Source: a virus
Lineage: Duplodnaviria > Caudoviricetes
Strand: one strand, 5' to 3'
Virus record (IMG/VR): IMGVR_UViG_3300010167_000010
Location: 265,019 to 329,018 of that record
DNA: 64,000 nucleotides
Shown here: one piece after another, positions 40,732 to 50,585 of the stretch
How positions within the stretch are numbered: position 1 is the first letter of the stretch
How the letters are laid out: each line of letters begins with the position of its first letter
Notes under the pieces: generated by a model
What the model saw: the letters and a program-made list of their open reading frames with translations, nothing else
Database searches by the model: none
What the model was told of the DNA's origin: nothing
Made by a program: the position numbers and the translations under genes

Positions 40732-41472
40732 ATGAATAAAAATAATTTTGTTAAAGATTATATGGAAATTATTAAAAGTGCTAAAAATAGAAAATATGAA
40801 GTTCATAAATATGAAAAGCACCATATATTACCAAAATCTTTATTTCCATTATGGACCAACAGAAAATCTAATTTAATTTTATTAACACCACGAGAACATA
40901 TTAAATGTCATAAATTATTAGCTTATATTTATGGAAAAAATATGTGGCATGCTTATTGGCAAATGGCTATAGATAAAAAAGATGGCCATAAACTAACACC
41001 AGAAGAATATGAAGAAGTTAGAATAGAACATTCTAAAAGAGTTTCAGAATTTAATAAGAAAAATAAAAAAAATCAAATTCCATGGAACAAAGGTAAAAAA
41101 GGTTTACAATTTTGTTCAGAAGAAACTAAAAAACTATTAAGTCATATAAACAGTGGTTCTAATAATGCCTTTTTTGGAAAAAAACATACTGAAGAAACTA
41201 AAAAAAATATAGGTGAAAAAAGAAAAGGTAAACCTGCGTGGAATTCTGGAAAAATTGGAATTTATTCAAATGAATATAGATATAAATGTGGAAATGGTTC
41301 TAGGGGTAGAAAAAATTCTATTGAAGAAATAGAAAGAAAAAGACTTAATTCCTTAGGAAAAATTTGGTGGACAAATGGTGAAGAAGACAAATTTAGTTTA
41401 ATTTGCCCTGAAGGTTATTGGAAAGGAAGATTAAAAGTTAAAGGATGGAAAAATAAAGTCAAGGAGGACTAA
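40732..41472 (+). mobile_element. HNH homing endonuclease with NUMOD3 repeats
   Basis: YEKHHILPK...NLILLTPREHIKCHKLL, PWNKGK, FGKKHTEETKK, WWTNG. Confidence 0.85.
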
Positions 41473-41473
41473 T

Positions 41474-42328
41474 ATGGTTATTAATAATAACTTAAGTGCA
41501 TTATTTGCACAACGGATGCTTGGAATAAACAACAAGGAAGTTTCCAAGCAATTAGAAAAATTAGCATCTGGTTTAAGAATAAACAGAGCTGCAGATGACA
41601 GCGCGAATTTAGCAGTATCTGAAAAGATGAGAGCTCAAATCCGCGGACTTCAACAAGCTTCAGCTAATACACAAAATGGTGTATCTTTTATTCAAACTAC
41701 AGAAGCACATCTTGTAAACACAACAGATATTTTACAACGTTTAAGAGAATTAGCAGTTCAAGCATCAAATGGAATTTATTCAGACGAAGATCGTTTAATG
41801 ATTCAAGTTGAAGTATCACAATTGGTTTCCGAAATTGATCGTATTGCAAGTCACGCTCAATTTAATGGGATGAATTTACTTACTGGTAGATTTGCTAGAC
41901 AAACTGGAACACAAGATATGTTTTTTCATGTTGGTGCAAACATGGATCAGCGCATTCAAGCTCATATTGGTGAAATGACAGCTCAAGCTCTTGGTATGCG
42001 AAATGAACAGGGCTCTAATGAAATTATCTCTTTAAGAGATACAGAATCATCAAATATGGCACTCGGTAGTATCGACGCCGCTCTTCGCATCGTCAACAAA
42101 CAACGAGCTGATTTAGGTGCATTGCAAAACAGAATGGAACATGCACAACGAGGTATCGACATCGCAAGAGAAAATCTACAAGCATCTGAAAGTAGAATTA
42201 GAGATGCAGACATGGCAGCAGAAACTACAAAATATGTCAAAGATCAAATTTTAATGCAAGCAGCTGTAGCAATGTTAAGCCATGCAAATGGAAACTCACA
42301 AAACGTATTACGACTTTTAGGTATGTAA
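41474..42328 (+). CDS. flaB: Spirochaete-type flagellar filament core protein FlaB
   Basis: [76 protein letters not shown]; 284 aa. Confidence 0.95.
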   Translation: MVINNNLSALFAQRMLGINNKEVSKQLEKLASGLRINRAADDSANLAVSEKMRAQIRGLQQASANTQNGVSFIQTTEAHLVNTTDILQRLRELAVQASNGIYSDEDRLMIQVEVSQLVSEIDRIASHAQFNGMNLLTGRFARQTGTQDMFFHVGANMDQRIQAHIGEMTAQALGMRNEQGSNEIISLRDTESSNMALGSIDAALRIVNKQRADLGALQNRMEHAQRGIDIARENLQASESRIRDADMAAETTKYVKDQILMQAAVAMLSHANGNSQNVLRLLGM

Positions 42329-42333
42329 CAGAA

Positions 42334-42357
42334 AGTGGGGAGTTAATTCTCCCCACT
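42334..42357 (+). terminator. Stem-loop after flaB
   Basis: AGTGGGGAG-TTAAT-TCTCCCCACT inverted repeat; no clear U tail. Confidence 0.6.
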
Positions 42358-42365
42358 AATTATTT

Positions 42366-43043
42366 ATGAAAATTATTATTATAAGCGATATTCACGGTTC
42401 TGATAATTGGAAAAGAGTTATTCCATATAAAGATCAGTTTGATAAAATAGTTGTGCTTGGAGATGAATTTGATTCTTGGACTAATAAATGGCCTAATCAA
42501 ATGGATAATGCTTTAGATTTAATTAAATTTAAAACTCTTAATTCAGAAAAAGTAGATTTATGTTGGTCAAACCATGCAACAAGTTATTTTTTAAGAGAAC
42601 AGTGTAGTGGTTTTCAACCAGAACGTTTTATTGATATAAAAGAATTTTATGATAAAAATCAAAATTTGTATGATGCTATTTATATTTATGATAATTGGGT
42701 TTTCTCACATGCCGGTATTTCTAAAGCATGGATGAAATCTTGTGGAATAAAAAATATACGAAAAATAAATAGATTATTCAGAGAAAGACCAAATTATTTT
42801 AGATGGGTTGGGCCGAATGGTTATGGAGATAATGATAATGAAGGGCCGTTTTGGATTAGACCAATTTCATTATTAAAAAATAGTATTAAGAAATATCATC
42901 AATGTGTAGGACATACAGAAGGAAATGATCCAAGAATGCTAATACAAGATAAGCAAATATTTGTATTTGCCGATACTAAAAATCATGATTATTTTGTTAT
43001 TATTGATACAAATACTAATAATGTAGAGTTTGTTAATTTATAA
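42366..43043 (+). CDS. Metallophosphoesterase
   Basis: SDIHG, LGDEFD, SNHA, SHAG, GPFWIRP, QCVGHT. Confidence 0.85.
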   Translation: MKIIIISDIHGSDNWKRVIPYKDQFDKIVVLGDEFDSWTNKWPNQMDNALDLIKFKTLNSEKVDLCWSNHATSYFLREQCSGFQPERFIDIKEFYDKNQNLYDAIYIYDNWVFSHAGISKAWMKSCGIKNIRKINRLFRERPNYFRWVGPNGYGDNDNEGPFWIRPISLLKNSIKKYHQCVGHTEGNDPRMLIQDKQIFVFADTKNHDYFVIIDTNTNNVEFVNL

Positions 43044-43133
43044 ATAATTAAAAATGTTTGGATGTCAATAGTTTATTTATGGCGCCTCGGAGGAGTAATA
43101 AACTATTGACTAAATGCCAGTTAATTTATAATT

Positions 43134-43685
43134 ATGAATGTAGAAAATAAGAAAGTAAAAGCAGCAAAATTTGTTTTAGAAAATTGTGAAATTCTTTTAC
43201 TTAACTTAACTAATATAAAATATTATGACATAATAATTGGTAATTGTCATGAATCCTTTCATGTCCAACATGGTATTATGTTTTCTAGAAATAGTACCAA
43301 ATATCTTTCTCTAAAATTAGAGTGGCAACAATTTTATGATAATTTAGGTTATGATTTTGAGTTTGTTCCAGAAGAAGGTCATAATGAAGGAATTACTAAA
43401 GCTTATAAAAGATTTAAATATAAAGATATAACAGCTGTTTGTATTATTTTTGAAGATGATACGGAAATAGATATAGGAGTTCCTTGGAGAGGTGAATGGA
43501 AAAATAAAGCCCAATATATTAAAATACGAAAGGCAGACGAATATAGACCAGAAATGATAGAAATTACTTTCGATTATAATTATTATTGGAATGAATTTAT
43601 ATGGCAATTAAAATATGGAATAAAAATATCTATAAGTAACTTTTTTTATAGAATAAGTCAAATATTTAAGAGGAGAAAAATATGA
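43134..43685 (+). CDS. Hypothetical protein
   Basis: GTTAATTTA 14 nt upstream of ATG. Confidence 0.55.
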   Translation: MNVENKKVKAAKFVLENCEILLLNLTNIKYYDIIIGNCHESFHVQHGIMFSRNSTKYLSLKLEWQQFYDNLGYDFEFVPEEGHNEGITKAYKRFKYKDITAVCIIFEDDTEIDIGVPWRGEWKNKAQYIKIRKADEYRPEMIEITFDYNYYWNEFIWQLKYGIKISISNFFYRISQIFKRRKI

Positions 43686-43930
43686 CCGTACAAAAATTTA
43701 AGTACAAAGATGTTGACCGCGAAGTTTTGATTATTAAGGAAGACGCAGACTCTATTACTGGGTATGACCTTTCTAAATTGACAGAAGAAGAAAAAAAAGA
43801 AACTTGGAGAGTAGCAACTAAAGATATCGATTTATCTCAAATGACAGAAGAACAGGCAAAAGCTGAATACCAAAAGTGTAAAGAGATCCATGGAATCATT
43901 AGACGATTTAAGAAAAGTGCTATGAAATAA
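43682..43930 (+). CDS. Hypothetical protein
   Basis: GAGGAG SD. Confidence 0.55.
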   Translation: MTVQKFKYKDVDREVLIIKEDADSITGYDLSKLTEEEKKETWRVATKDIDLSQMTEEQAKAEYQKCKEIHGIIRRFKKSAMK

Positions 43931-43935
43931 TTATT

Positions 43936-44178
43936 GTGAATAGATTATACGATTTTCAGTTTAAACAAATAAATGACTCTATGTCTATTCAAGATATGAT
44001 TATACATTTAAATAATTTTCAAAATGCTGTTATTGAAGAAATTAGAGATTTAGAAGTTAAGATGTTAACTATTCCACCACCGCAAACTAATCCTTATATA
44101 AATCATTTAATGCAAGAAATAGAAAATTTAAAAGAAGAATTTAAAAGAGAAAGAAAACGTTGGGGACTTCTTGACTAA
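43936..44178 (+). CDS. Hypothetical coiled-coil protein
   Basis: ORF. Confidence 0.45.
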   Translation: MNRLYDFQFKQINDSMSIQDMIIHLNNFQNAVIEEIRDLEVKMLTIPPPQTNPYINHLMQEIENLKEEFKRERKRWGLLD

Positions 44179-44220
44179 TTTTTAGTGTCATTACTAACTA
44201 ATTATTAAGGAGAATATACA

Positions 44221-44703
44221 ATGGCAGATAGAAATGAATTACAAAAAATGCGCCAAGATATGTTAGACGTAGGTATTGTAGATCAAAATGGACATGTTAG
44301 AAGAAAGCCAGACGGTTCTGTTTTATTTCAAACAGATCAAGATGGAAAAGATACACCTTTTCAAGTAAGTAAGGCTGGAATAGTTCCACCTATTGAAAAA
44401 CTTGTTCCAAGAACTAGAGCTGTAAAAAGATCATTTGCAAGATACCCTCTCGATGCTCCTCATTCAATGGAAGCAATCGCAGAAGCAAATGGAGATAGAA
44501 ATAAATCACCATGGCTTAATATGACTAATTTTGCAAATAATCCACCACATGGCAAAGGCTCTGGAGATCCAGATACAAAAACACCAGATCCTGGTACAGG
44601 CGGAGGTTCTACAGGAACAACACCTAAATTATGCGAAGAGTGTGGAATAGGACATGTTGTAGATGATGAGTGTGATAATAATGATTGTCCTTCACATACT
44701 TAA
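44221..44703 (+). CDS. Hypothetical late protein with C-terminal Cys cluster
   Basis: ACTAATTATT plus AAGGAG; CEEC...CDNNDC. Confidence 0.55.
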   Translation: MADRNELQKMRQDMLDVGIVDQNGHVRRKPDGSVLFQTDQDGKDTPFQVSKAGIVPPIEKLVPRTRAVKRSFARYPLDAPHSMEAIAEANGDRNKSPWLNMTNFANNPPHGKGSGDPDTKTPDPGTGGGSTGTTPKLCEECGIGHVVDDECDNNDCPSHT

Positions 44704-44800
44704 ATAAATTTGTTAATATAAATAAAAGTTATACAAGATCAACTAAAGATTGCCTTAACCACAGCAGGAATTAAAGTTAGATACTTGAAAGGAGAATAAC

Positions 44801-45313
44801 ATGAGTAATAATTACTATGGTTTAAATGGTTTTAAAGATTTGTTCCAATTGATGGACGATATCTTTTCTACTGACGGATTTGCAACTATTTATGATAGAC
44901 AACCGCGATTTAACAGACTCATTTCTACCAGGGATTTCCCACCAGCAAATGTGTCAGTTAACAAAGAAACAAAGGAACTTTTAATAGAAGTTGCCTTAGC
45001 AGGATGTAACGAAGAGAACGTAAATCTTTCGTTTGATTCAGATTATCTTAAGTTAATTGTAGATGTACCTACAAAAGCTGAGATAGAACCACTTCATTTT
45101 ATTCAGAGAGGACTAAAGAAGATTCAACATATTGAAACTTCATGGATCGTAGATCATAGATTTTACGATAGAGATAATGTCAAAGTTGAATTTAATAATG
45201 GTCTATTAATGATACGAATTTTTCCTAAAGAGGAAGTTAGACCGAAGAAAATTAATCTTTTCGGTAAATATCAACCACAGGAAAAAGCTACTTTAGAACA
45301 TAAAACAGAGTAG
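44801..45313 (+). CDS. Small heat-shock protein (Hsp20)
   Basis: FPPANV, IEVALAG, IQRGL, FNNGLLMI. Confidence 0.88.
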   Translation: MSNNYYGLNGFKDLFQLMDDIFSTDGFATIYDRQPRFNRLISTRDFPPANVSVNKETKELLIEVALAGCNEENVNLSFDSDYLKLIVDVPTKAEIEPLHFIQRGLKKIQHIETSWIVDHRFYDRDNVKVEFNNGLLMIRIFPKEEVRPKKINLFGKYQPQEKATLEHKTE

Positions 45314-45353
45314 CAAATGATTACTAAGCTGTGGTAGTATAAAGGAGATAAAG

Positions 45354-45382
45354 AAAGGACGATAGAAATATCGTCCTTTTTT
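45354..45382 (+). terminator. Intrinsic terminator after hsp20
   Basis: AAAGGACGATA-GAAA-TATCGTCCTTTTTT. Confidence 0.8.
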
Positions 45383-45383
45383 A

Positions 45384-45650
45384 ATGGAAATTATGGAACA
45401 ACAAAATTTTAATAATTTACAAGACGCAATTTTAGAATTACGTGCTGAACTTGGATCTACAAAGAAAAATATAAAAGAAATTCTAACTATAGGTGAAGGA
45501 ACTATTATAGAACTTGACAAAAATGCTGATGAGCCAGTTACAATTTTTGTAAATAATATCAAATTTGCCGAAGGGGAAGTAGTAGCAGTAGACGAAAACT
45601 TTGGAATCCGTCTAACGAGGATTTTTTCACAAGCTGAAAGAAAAAGTTAA
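45384..45650 (+). CDS. fliN: FliN/FliY C-terminal (SpoA) domain protein
   Basis: LRAELGSTK..IKEIL.IGEGTIIELDKNADEPV.IFVN...FAEGEVVAVDENFGIRLT. Confidence 0.9.
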   Translation: MEIMEQQNFNNLQDAILELRAELGSTKKNIKEILTIGEGTIIELDKNADEPVTIFVNNIKFAEGEVVAVDENFGIRLTRIFSQAERKS

Positions 45651-45685
45651 TTTAACTAATTATATAGTAAATAATTTTACTTAGG

Positions 45686-47422
45686 ATGCTTATGAAAAAA
45701 ACTTTAAACATTGACTCCAATATATTTATCTTTATAAGATATTTTTCGTTTTCTATAGCCAGTGCTATATCTATTCTATTAAATATTTTCTTCTTTCAAG
45801 CTTTAGATACGGGCGGATATTATTGGATTCTTTTCGGCATTTCTATTTTGTTAGAATCAGCAAAAGTTTCTACTATTCTAACTAGAAATGTTTTCTCATC
45901 ATTATATATAAAATTACAGAAAAAACGTATACAATTAGCTAAATCATTCTTTTTATGTTTATACATTACTTTAGCTGTTTTATCTATAATGTCAGCTGCA
46001 GGATTTTCTTATTATGTTACCGAAACTACAGACACAATTAAAGAAATAGAAGTTGCAAATCTTCAAAATAAAATAGAAATTATGGAATCTATTCGAGATA
46101 GAATAGAATCATTTGCAGATGAAAGAGATGTTACTCTTTCAGAATATTCTCCATACATAAGAGCAAATGAATTTTTTGAAGAACGAAATCGAATATTTCT
46201 CGAAGCAAACGATAGGTGGACTAGACTCAATACTAGATTTAGATCTACTGACCCTGATGATGATTTATATTTACAATTACAAAGAGAAACTAACGCAGCT
46301 TGGACTGAACGAGCTAACTTAAACGTTCAAATGATTGCTGCTAGAGATGCTAGACAACGTGCAATAAATGAATTTAATGATAGAGGAACTAATGTAGAAG
46401 AAAGAATGAATGAATTAGATGCTGAATTTAATATGATGGTTAGAGAATTAGATTTAACAGCACCCGGTTTAGATTTACCACTTATTAGTAGAGCTAGATT
46501 AGTAACACGAGAACTCATTCAAGAATTGGGTTTATTAGAAGATAGAATATTAAAAGAAAAAGGTATGCAAATTATCTTTGACGATATGGGTGCATTATTT
46601 GGTATAGAACCAAAAATGATAAAACTTATCATTTTATTATTTGTTGCTATTTTAATAGAATTGACTATTTTCCAAACAGCTCCAGATATTAAAGTAAATA
46701 GAAAAGTATTATATTATTTTAGAAATTGGATTCCAAACGATGTAGATATAAATGAATTATTAGGAAAATTTGATAAAGAATTAGAAAGATTTGATGAAAA
46801 TTTTAAACCTGAAGAATCTCCAAAGCAATTTGAACAACAAGTTGTAATGCGAAAAAAGAGAATAAAAAGAGAAAAAATAATACAGCCAACACCGACTGTC
46901 ACTAATGTTACTCAACCATCAAATGAAAAAGAAACTCTTCCTTCTTTACCACCAGTCAGTAAAGAAAGATTAGAAAAATTTTTTAATGATGATGAAAAAA
47001 AAGAAGAAACAGAATATACAAAATCACTTCAAGAAGAATTACGAAATAAAGAAATTATTACTCCAGTTGAAGTAGTTCCTGAAACTATAAAAGTAAATAG
47101 AGTAAAAGTTGAACCAACTATTTATACTGATAATAAAACTATTAGATATCGTTTTGGAAGAACTACAGAAGTTATAGCAAATAAACTTTGTGATTTTATT
47201 AGATTATGTATAAATGAAGCTGGTCCTTTTATTCAATATCCAGAAAAAGCTGCAGAACAATTAGGGCTTTCAAGAAAAGCTAAAGATGTATTTTTAGAAC
47301 ACATGTCAAATTTAAAATTAAAATCAAAACCGTTAATTACTCGAAATCAATTAAATGAATATTATGCTAATTATTCAGCTGATGAAATAATAAAATATGC
47401 AACGGAAATAATTGATGAGTAG
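45686..47422 (+). CDS. Multi-TM membrane protein with long coiled coil
   Basis: Three N-terminal TMs, coiled coil, a further TM, cytoplasmic tail. Confidence 0.6.
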   Translation: MLMKKTLNIDSNIFIFIRYFSFSIASAISILLNIFFFQALDTGGYYWILFGISILLESAKVSTILTRNVFSSLYIKLQKKRIQLAKSFFLCLYITLAVLSIMSAAGFSYYVTETTDTIKEIEVANLQNKIEIMESIRDRIESFADERDVTLSEYSPYIRANEFFEERNRIFLEANDRWTRLNTRFRSTDPDDDLYLQLQRETNAAWTERANLNVQMIAARDARQRAINEFNDRGTNVEERMNELDAEFNMMVRELDLTAPGLDLPLISRARLVTRELIQELGLLEDRILKEKGMQIIFDDMGALFGIEPKMIKLIILLFVAILIELTIFQTAPDIKVNRKVLYYFRNWIPNDVDINELLGKFDKELERFDENFKPEESPKQFEQQVVMRKKRIKREKIIQPTPTVTNVTQPSNEKETLPSLPPVSKERLEKFFNDDEKKEETEYTKSLQEELRNKEIITPVEVVPETIKVNRVKVEPTIYTDNKTIRYRFGRTTEVIANKLCDFIRLCINEAGPFIQYPEKAAEQLGLSRKAKDVFLEHMSNLKLKSKPLITRNQLNEYYANYSADEIIKYATEIIDE

Positions 47423-47600
47423 AAAAATACAACATTCTATAACTAGTTATAGTAGTTTAAGTTTAAATCAATTATTAAAAATTAAAAAAAGGAAAATAGA
47501 ACAATTAGCTTATGCTAGGCAACATCATAATCTTCAATGTATAAAAAATATTTCTACTGAATTGATTATGATTGAAGATGTAATTAGAGAAAGAAGTTAA
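47412..47600 (+). CDS. Hypothetical protein
   Basis: Overlaps the previous stop. Confidence 0.4.
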   Translation: MMSRKIQHSITSYSSLSLNQLLKIKKRKIEQLAYARQHHNLQCIKNISTELIMIEDVIRERS

Positions 47601-47610
47601 TATAATTTAT

Positions 47611-48057
47611 ATGTTAAAAGCAGAAGACATGCTCAATATTATCAAAAGGGGCATAACGTATCAAAATAATTTAAACGATAGTTATTCTTATGTAAGTGTA
47701 GAAAATGAAATAAACTTATGTCCATTTTGTGGTAATAAAATGACAGTTGCAAAAAGTAATGGAAAATGGGTACAACTTTGTAATTGTAAAGAAGGAGTAG
47801 AATTTTGTTGTAAAATAAGAGATCTACTTATTGAAAAAGATAAAATAGAAAATGAATTATCTGATATATACGCAGATATAGAAAAAAGGGCTTTTATAGT
47901 TTTTAAAAATTATTATAAAGGTAATTTTATTCCTTATCTAGAAAAATTACAACAAATAGAAAATAAAATTATTTTAGAAATGCCTTTTTTAACTACAGAT
48001 GAAAATTTAATACAAAAAATGAGGGAAAAAATATTATGCCTGCAGGAAAACGAATAG
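47611..48057 (+). CDS. Zn-ribbon hypothetical protein
   Basis: CPFCG ... CNC. Confidence 0.55.
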   Translation: MLKAEDMLNIIKRGITYQNNLNDSYSYVSVENEINLCPFCGNKMTVAKSNGKWVQLCNCKEGVEFCCKIRDLLIEKDKIENELSDIYADIEKRAFIVFKNYYKGNFIPYLEKLQQIENKIILEMPFLTTDENLIQKMREKILCLQENE

Positions 48058-49703
48058 AGCGTTCTAAAACAGCTCGTGAACAAATTTTAAAAGGAATGTT
48101 AGAAGTATCTAAAACAGTTTCTTCAACATACGGCCCATGCGGTCGTACTGTTGGTTTTGATAGAGGAGGTTCTTTTAGAATTACTAAAGATGGAATTACA
48201 GTAGCTAGAGAAATAAAATTTTCTGACGAAGCTAAAAACTTTGGAGCAATGCTTATTAAAGAAGCTGCAGGTAAAAGTAATTATATAAGTGGAGACGGTA
48301 GTTCTTCTACAACTATTTTAACTGCTGAATTATGCGCGGCAGCTCATAATTTATTAAATCAAGGGATTGATATTAATGATTTACGAACTGGTTTTGAAGT
48401 AGCGGAAAAAGTAGTATTAGAATGTTTAGAAAAATATCAAACTATAATGAATAAAGAAGAAGATATTTTTAATATAGCAAAAATATCAGCTAATAACGAT
48501 GAAGAAATTGCAAAACATATTCAAGAAGCTTTTTTAGCAATTGGAGATAACGGTATAGTATCTATTGCTGATAGTTTATCTCGTAAAGGAGAAACTACAG
48601 TTAAAATATCTTCTGGTATAGAATTTGATAGAGGATTTTTATCATCACTTTGTGTAAATTCTACTAATGATCAATGTATTTTACATGATGCTAAATTTTT
48701 GTTATCTACTGATATATTAAATAGCCCACAAGATTTACATGTGCTTATTCAAATGGTGCAAATGAATAAATGGCCTTTAATTATTATTGCCCCAGACTTT
48801 GATGAAGAAGTAATGGCTTGGCATAGAGAAATGATTTCTAAAAAAATGTTAACAGGTTCATTAGTATTAGCACCTGGTGTATCTAAATTAAATATTGCAG
48901 ATAATTTATTAGATTTAGCTGTTTTAACTAATGCTACTATTTTAGGTCAAGATGTTTCTTTAAATGATTTTGATGTACATAATCATTTAGGTTCAGCAGA
49001 TCAAGTTGTAATCACTAAAGGGAAAACTACTATTTTGGGAGCAGGAACTAATCAAGAAAGATTTGATAAACATATAGAATTTTTACAAGCTAAAGTCGAT
49101 CATGATAGTGCTGAAATTGGTTATTCAGAATATGAATTACAAAATATAAAAGAAAGAATTGCTAAAATGACTGGTGGAGTCGCAACAATTTTTATTGGTT
49201 CTTTAACTTCAGTAGAATTAGGTGAAAAGAAAGATAGATATGAAGATGCAATAAATTCAGTTAGAGCAATGTTAAGTGAAGGATACATTCCAGGAGCATC
49301 AACCCCTTTATTAAGAATTTCGTATAATCAATTTAATTATTGTGACCAATTTAATTCAGAACAAATGAGTATTGGTTCACGAACATCATTTAAATCTTAT
49401 ATGAAAGCAATTAGAATACCATCACAAATTTTAATTAGATCTTCAGGTGAAGATTATGAAAATGTTGTTCAAGATATTTTAAAACTCAGTGATAATGAGG
49501 GTTTTAATGTTAAAAAAAGAAAAATAGAAAACTTAATAGATTCTGGAATAATAGATCCATATAAAATAATTTATAACTCAATATTATACGCATCTAATGT
49601 AGCTGAACAATTTATGGGTTTAGATTCTATTATAATTTCTGACGTACGAAACTTGTCAGTAGAATCTTTAGATGATATATTAAATGAAGATGGAGTAAGA
49701 TAA
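48036..49703 (+). CDS. groEL: Phage GroEL-like chaperonin
   Basis: TYGPCGR, ITKDGITVA, GDGSSSTT, GIEFDRGF, ERIAKMTGGVA, EKKDRYEDA, GIIDP. Confidence 0.92.
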   Translation: MPAGKRIERSKTAREQILKGMLEVSKTVSSTYGPCGRTVGFDRGGSFRITKDGITVAREIKFSDEAKNFGAMLIKEAAGKSNYISGDGSSSTTILTAELCAAAHNLLNQGIDINDLRTGFEVAEKVVLECLEKYQTIMNKEEDIFNIAKISANNDEEIAKHIQEAFLAIGDNGIVSIADSLSRKGETTVKISSGIEFDRGFLSSLCVNSTNDQCILHDAKFLLSTDILNSPQDLHVLIQMVQMNKWPLIIIAPDFDEEVMAWHREMISKKMLTGSLVLAPGVSKLNIADNLLDLAVLTNATILGQDVSLNDFDVHNHLGSADQVVITKGKTTILGAGTNQERFDKHIEFLQAKVDHDSAEIGYSEYELQNIKERIAKMTGGVATIFIGSLTSVELGEKKDRYEDAINSVRAMLSEGYIPGASTPLLRISYNQFNYCDQFNSEQMSIGSRTSFKSYMKAIRIPSQILIRSSGEDYENVVQDILKLSDNEGFNVKKRKIENLIDSGIIDPYKIIYNSILYASNVAEQFMGLDSIIISDVRNLSVESLDDILNEDGVR

Positions 49704-50188
49704 TGCCAACAGCAGACAAATTAGATTTTAATGAAATAGTAAAAAGAGGAAATGATAGATTTAGAAAAGAAAGACCAATGCCTTCTGAATTATATCAATG
49801 TGCAATATTTTTTAGTAGATTAGTTATGGAAGAAATAGATGAATTACAATCTATTAGACAAATTATAGAATTAAAAAAATGGGATAAAGAAAAGAAAATT
49901 TTTAATTTTTTTAATAATAATTTAAGAAATTTAATTCTACAATTAAATGAAGATTTAGAAAAACAACGATTTATATTTCCATTTTATAGTAAAGAGATAT
50001 TTATGTCACAACAAGAAGCTACAAATTTTCTTCCATTATTTATTAAACAACTTATTAAAGAAGAAAAACTTCCTGCAAGTGTAATAAATGAAGATAGATC
50101 TATAAATGAGGAAATTATTAAGCCGGCAATAATCCCATTACAAACTACAGTATTAGAACAAGATAGACCTGAGTTTAAAGATTCATAA
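49703..50188 (+). CDS. Hypothetical protein
   Basis: TAATG coupling to groEL. Confidence 0.5.
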   Translation: MPTADKLDFNEIVKRGNDRFRKERPMPSELYQCAIFFSRLVMEEIDELQSIRQIIELKKWDKEKKIFNFFNNNLRNLILQLNEDLEKQRFIFPFYSKEIFMSQQEATNFLPLFIKQLIKEEKLPASVINEDRSINEEIIKPAIIPLQTTVLEQDRPEFKDS

Positions 50189-50504
50189 CAGCATTTTCAT
50201 TTGAAATTTTATCTTTATATATTATAATTTCTTTATCTATATAAATATTTTTTGGAACTTCAATTCTTATTTCAACTGGAATTTCTTTTATAATTGGAAC
50301 TTCTTTAATTTTTTCAATATAGACAATATTACCTTTTATTTCTACAGGTACTTCTTTTATAACTTCAACTATTTTTTCTTGAATAGTTTTGATTTCTACA
50401 GGCACTTCAATAATCCGATCTATTTCTATCTCTTTTTCAATTATTTTAACTGAATTTTCTTCCCATCCTAAATATTTTAGTATACTTAATAAAAATTTTA
50501 TCAC
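50175..50504 (-). CDS. Small protein with (I/K)EVPVE repeats
   Basis: AAGGAG SD plus GTG start; repeated EVPVE/EIPVE. Confidence 0.6.
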   Translation of the reverse strand: MIKFLLSILKYLGWEENSVKIIEKEIEIDRIIEVPVEIKTIQEKIVEVIKEVPVEIKGNIVYIEKIKEVPIIKEIPVEIRIEVPKNIYIDKEIIIYKDKISNENAVMNL

Positions 50505-50585
50505 AATCTAACTCCTTAATAAATAGTTTGATTTTGAACATGTAATCTAAGTTTCTTATATAATATTTGTAAGGGAGATTATATT

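Noticed and set aside
40620-42328. Group I intron splitting flaB around the HNH gene
   Set aside because: Downstream flaB is complete with its own SD and start, and the spacers (22 nt and 1 nt) are too short for a ribozyme core
44730-44800. RNA thermometer in the hsp20 leader
   Set aside because: Only imperfect pairing, and it does not clearly cover the SD
41474-49703. Host chromosomal origin for flaB, fliN and groEL
   Set aside because: They are interleaved with HNH and terminase genes and phage promoter motifs, with no flagellar operon context; assembly chimerism still needs a coverage check
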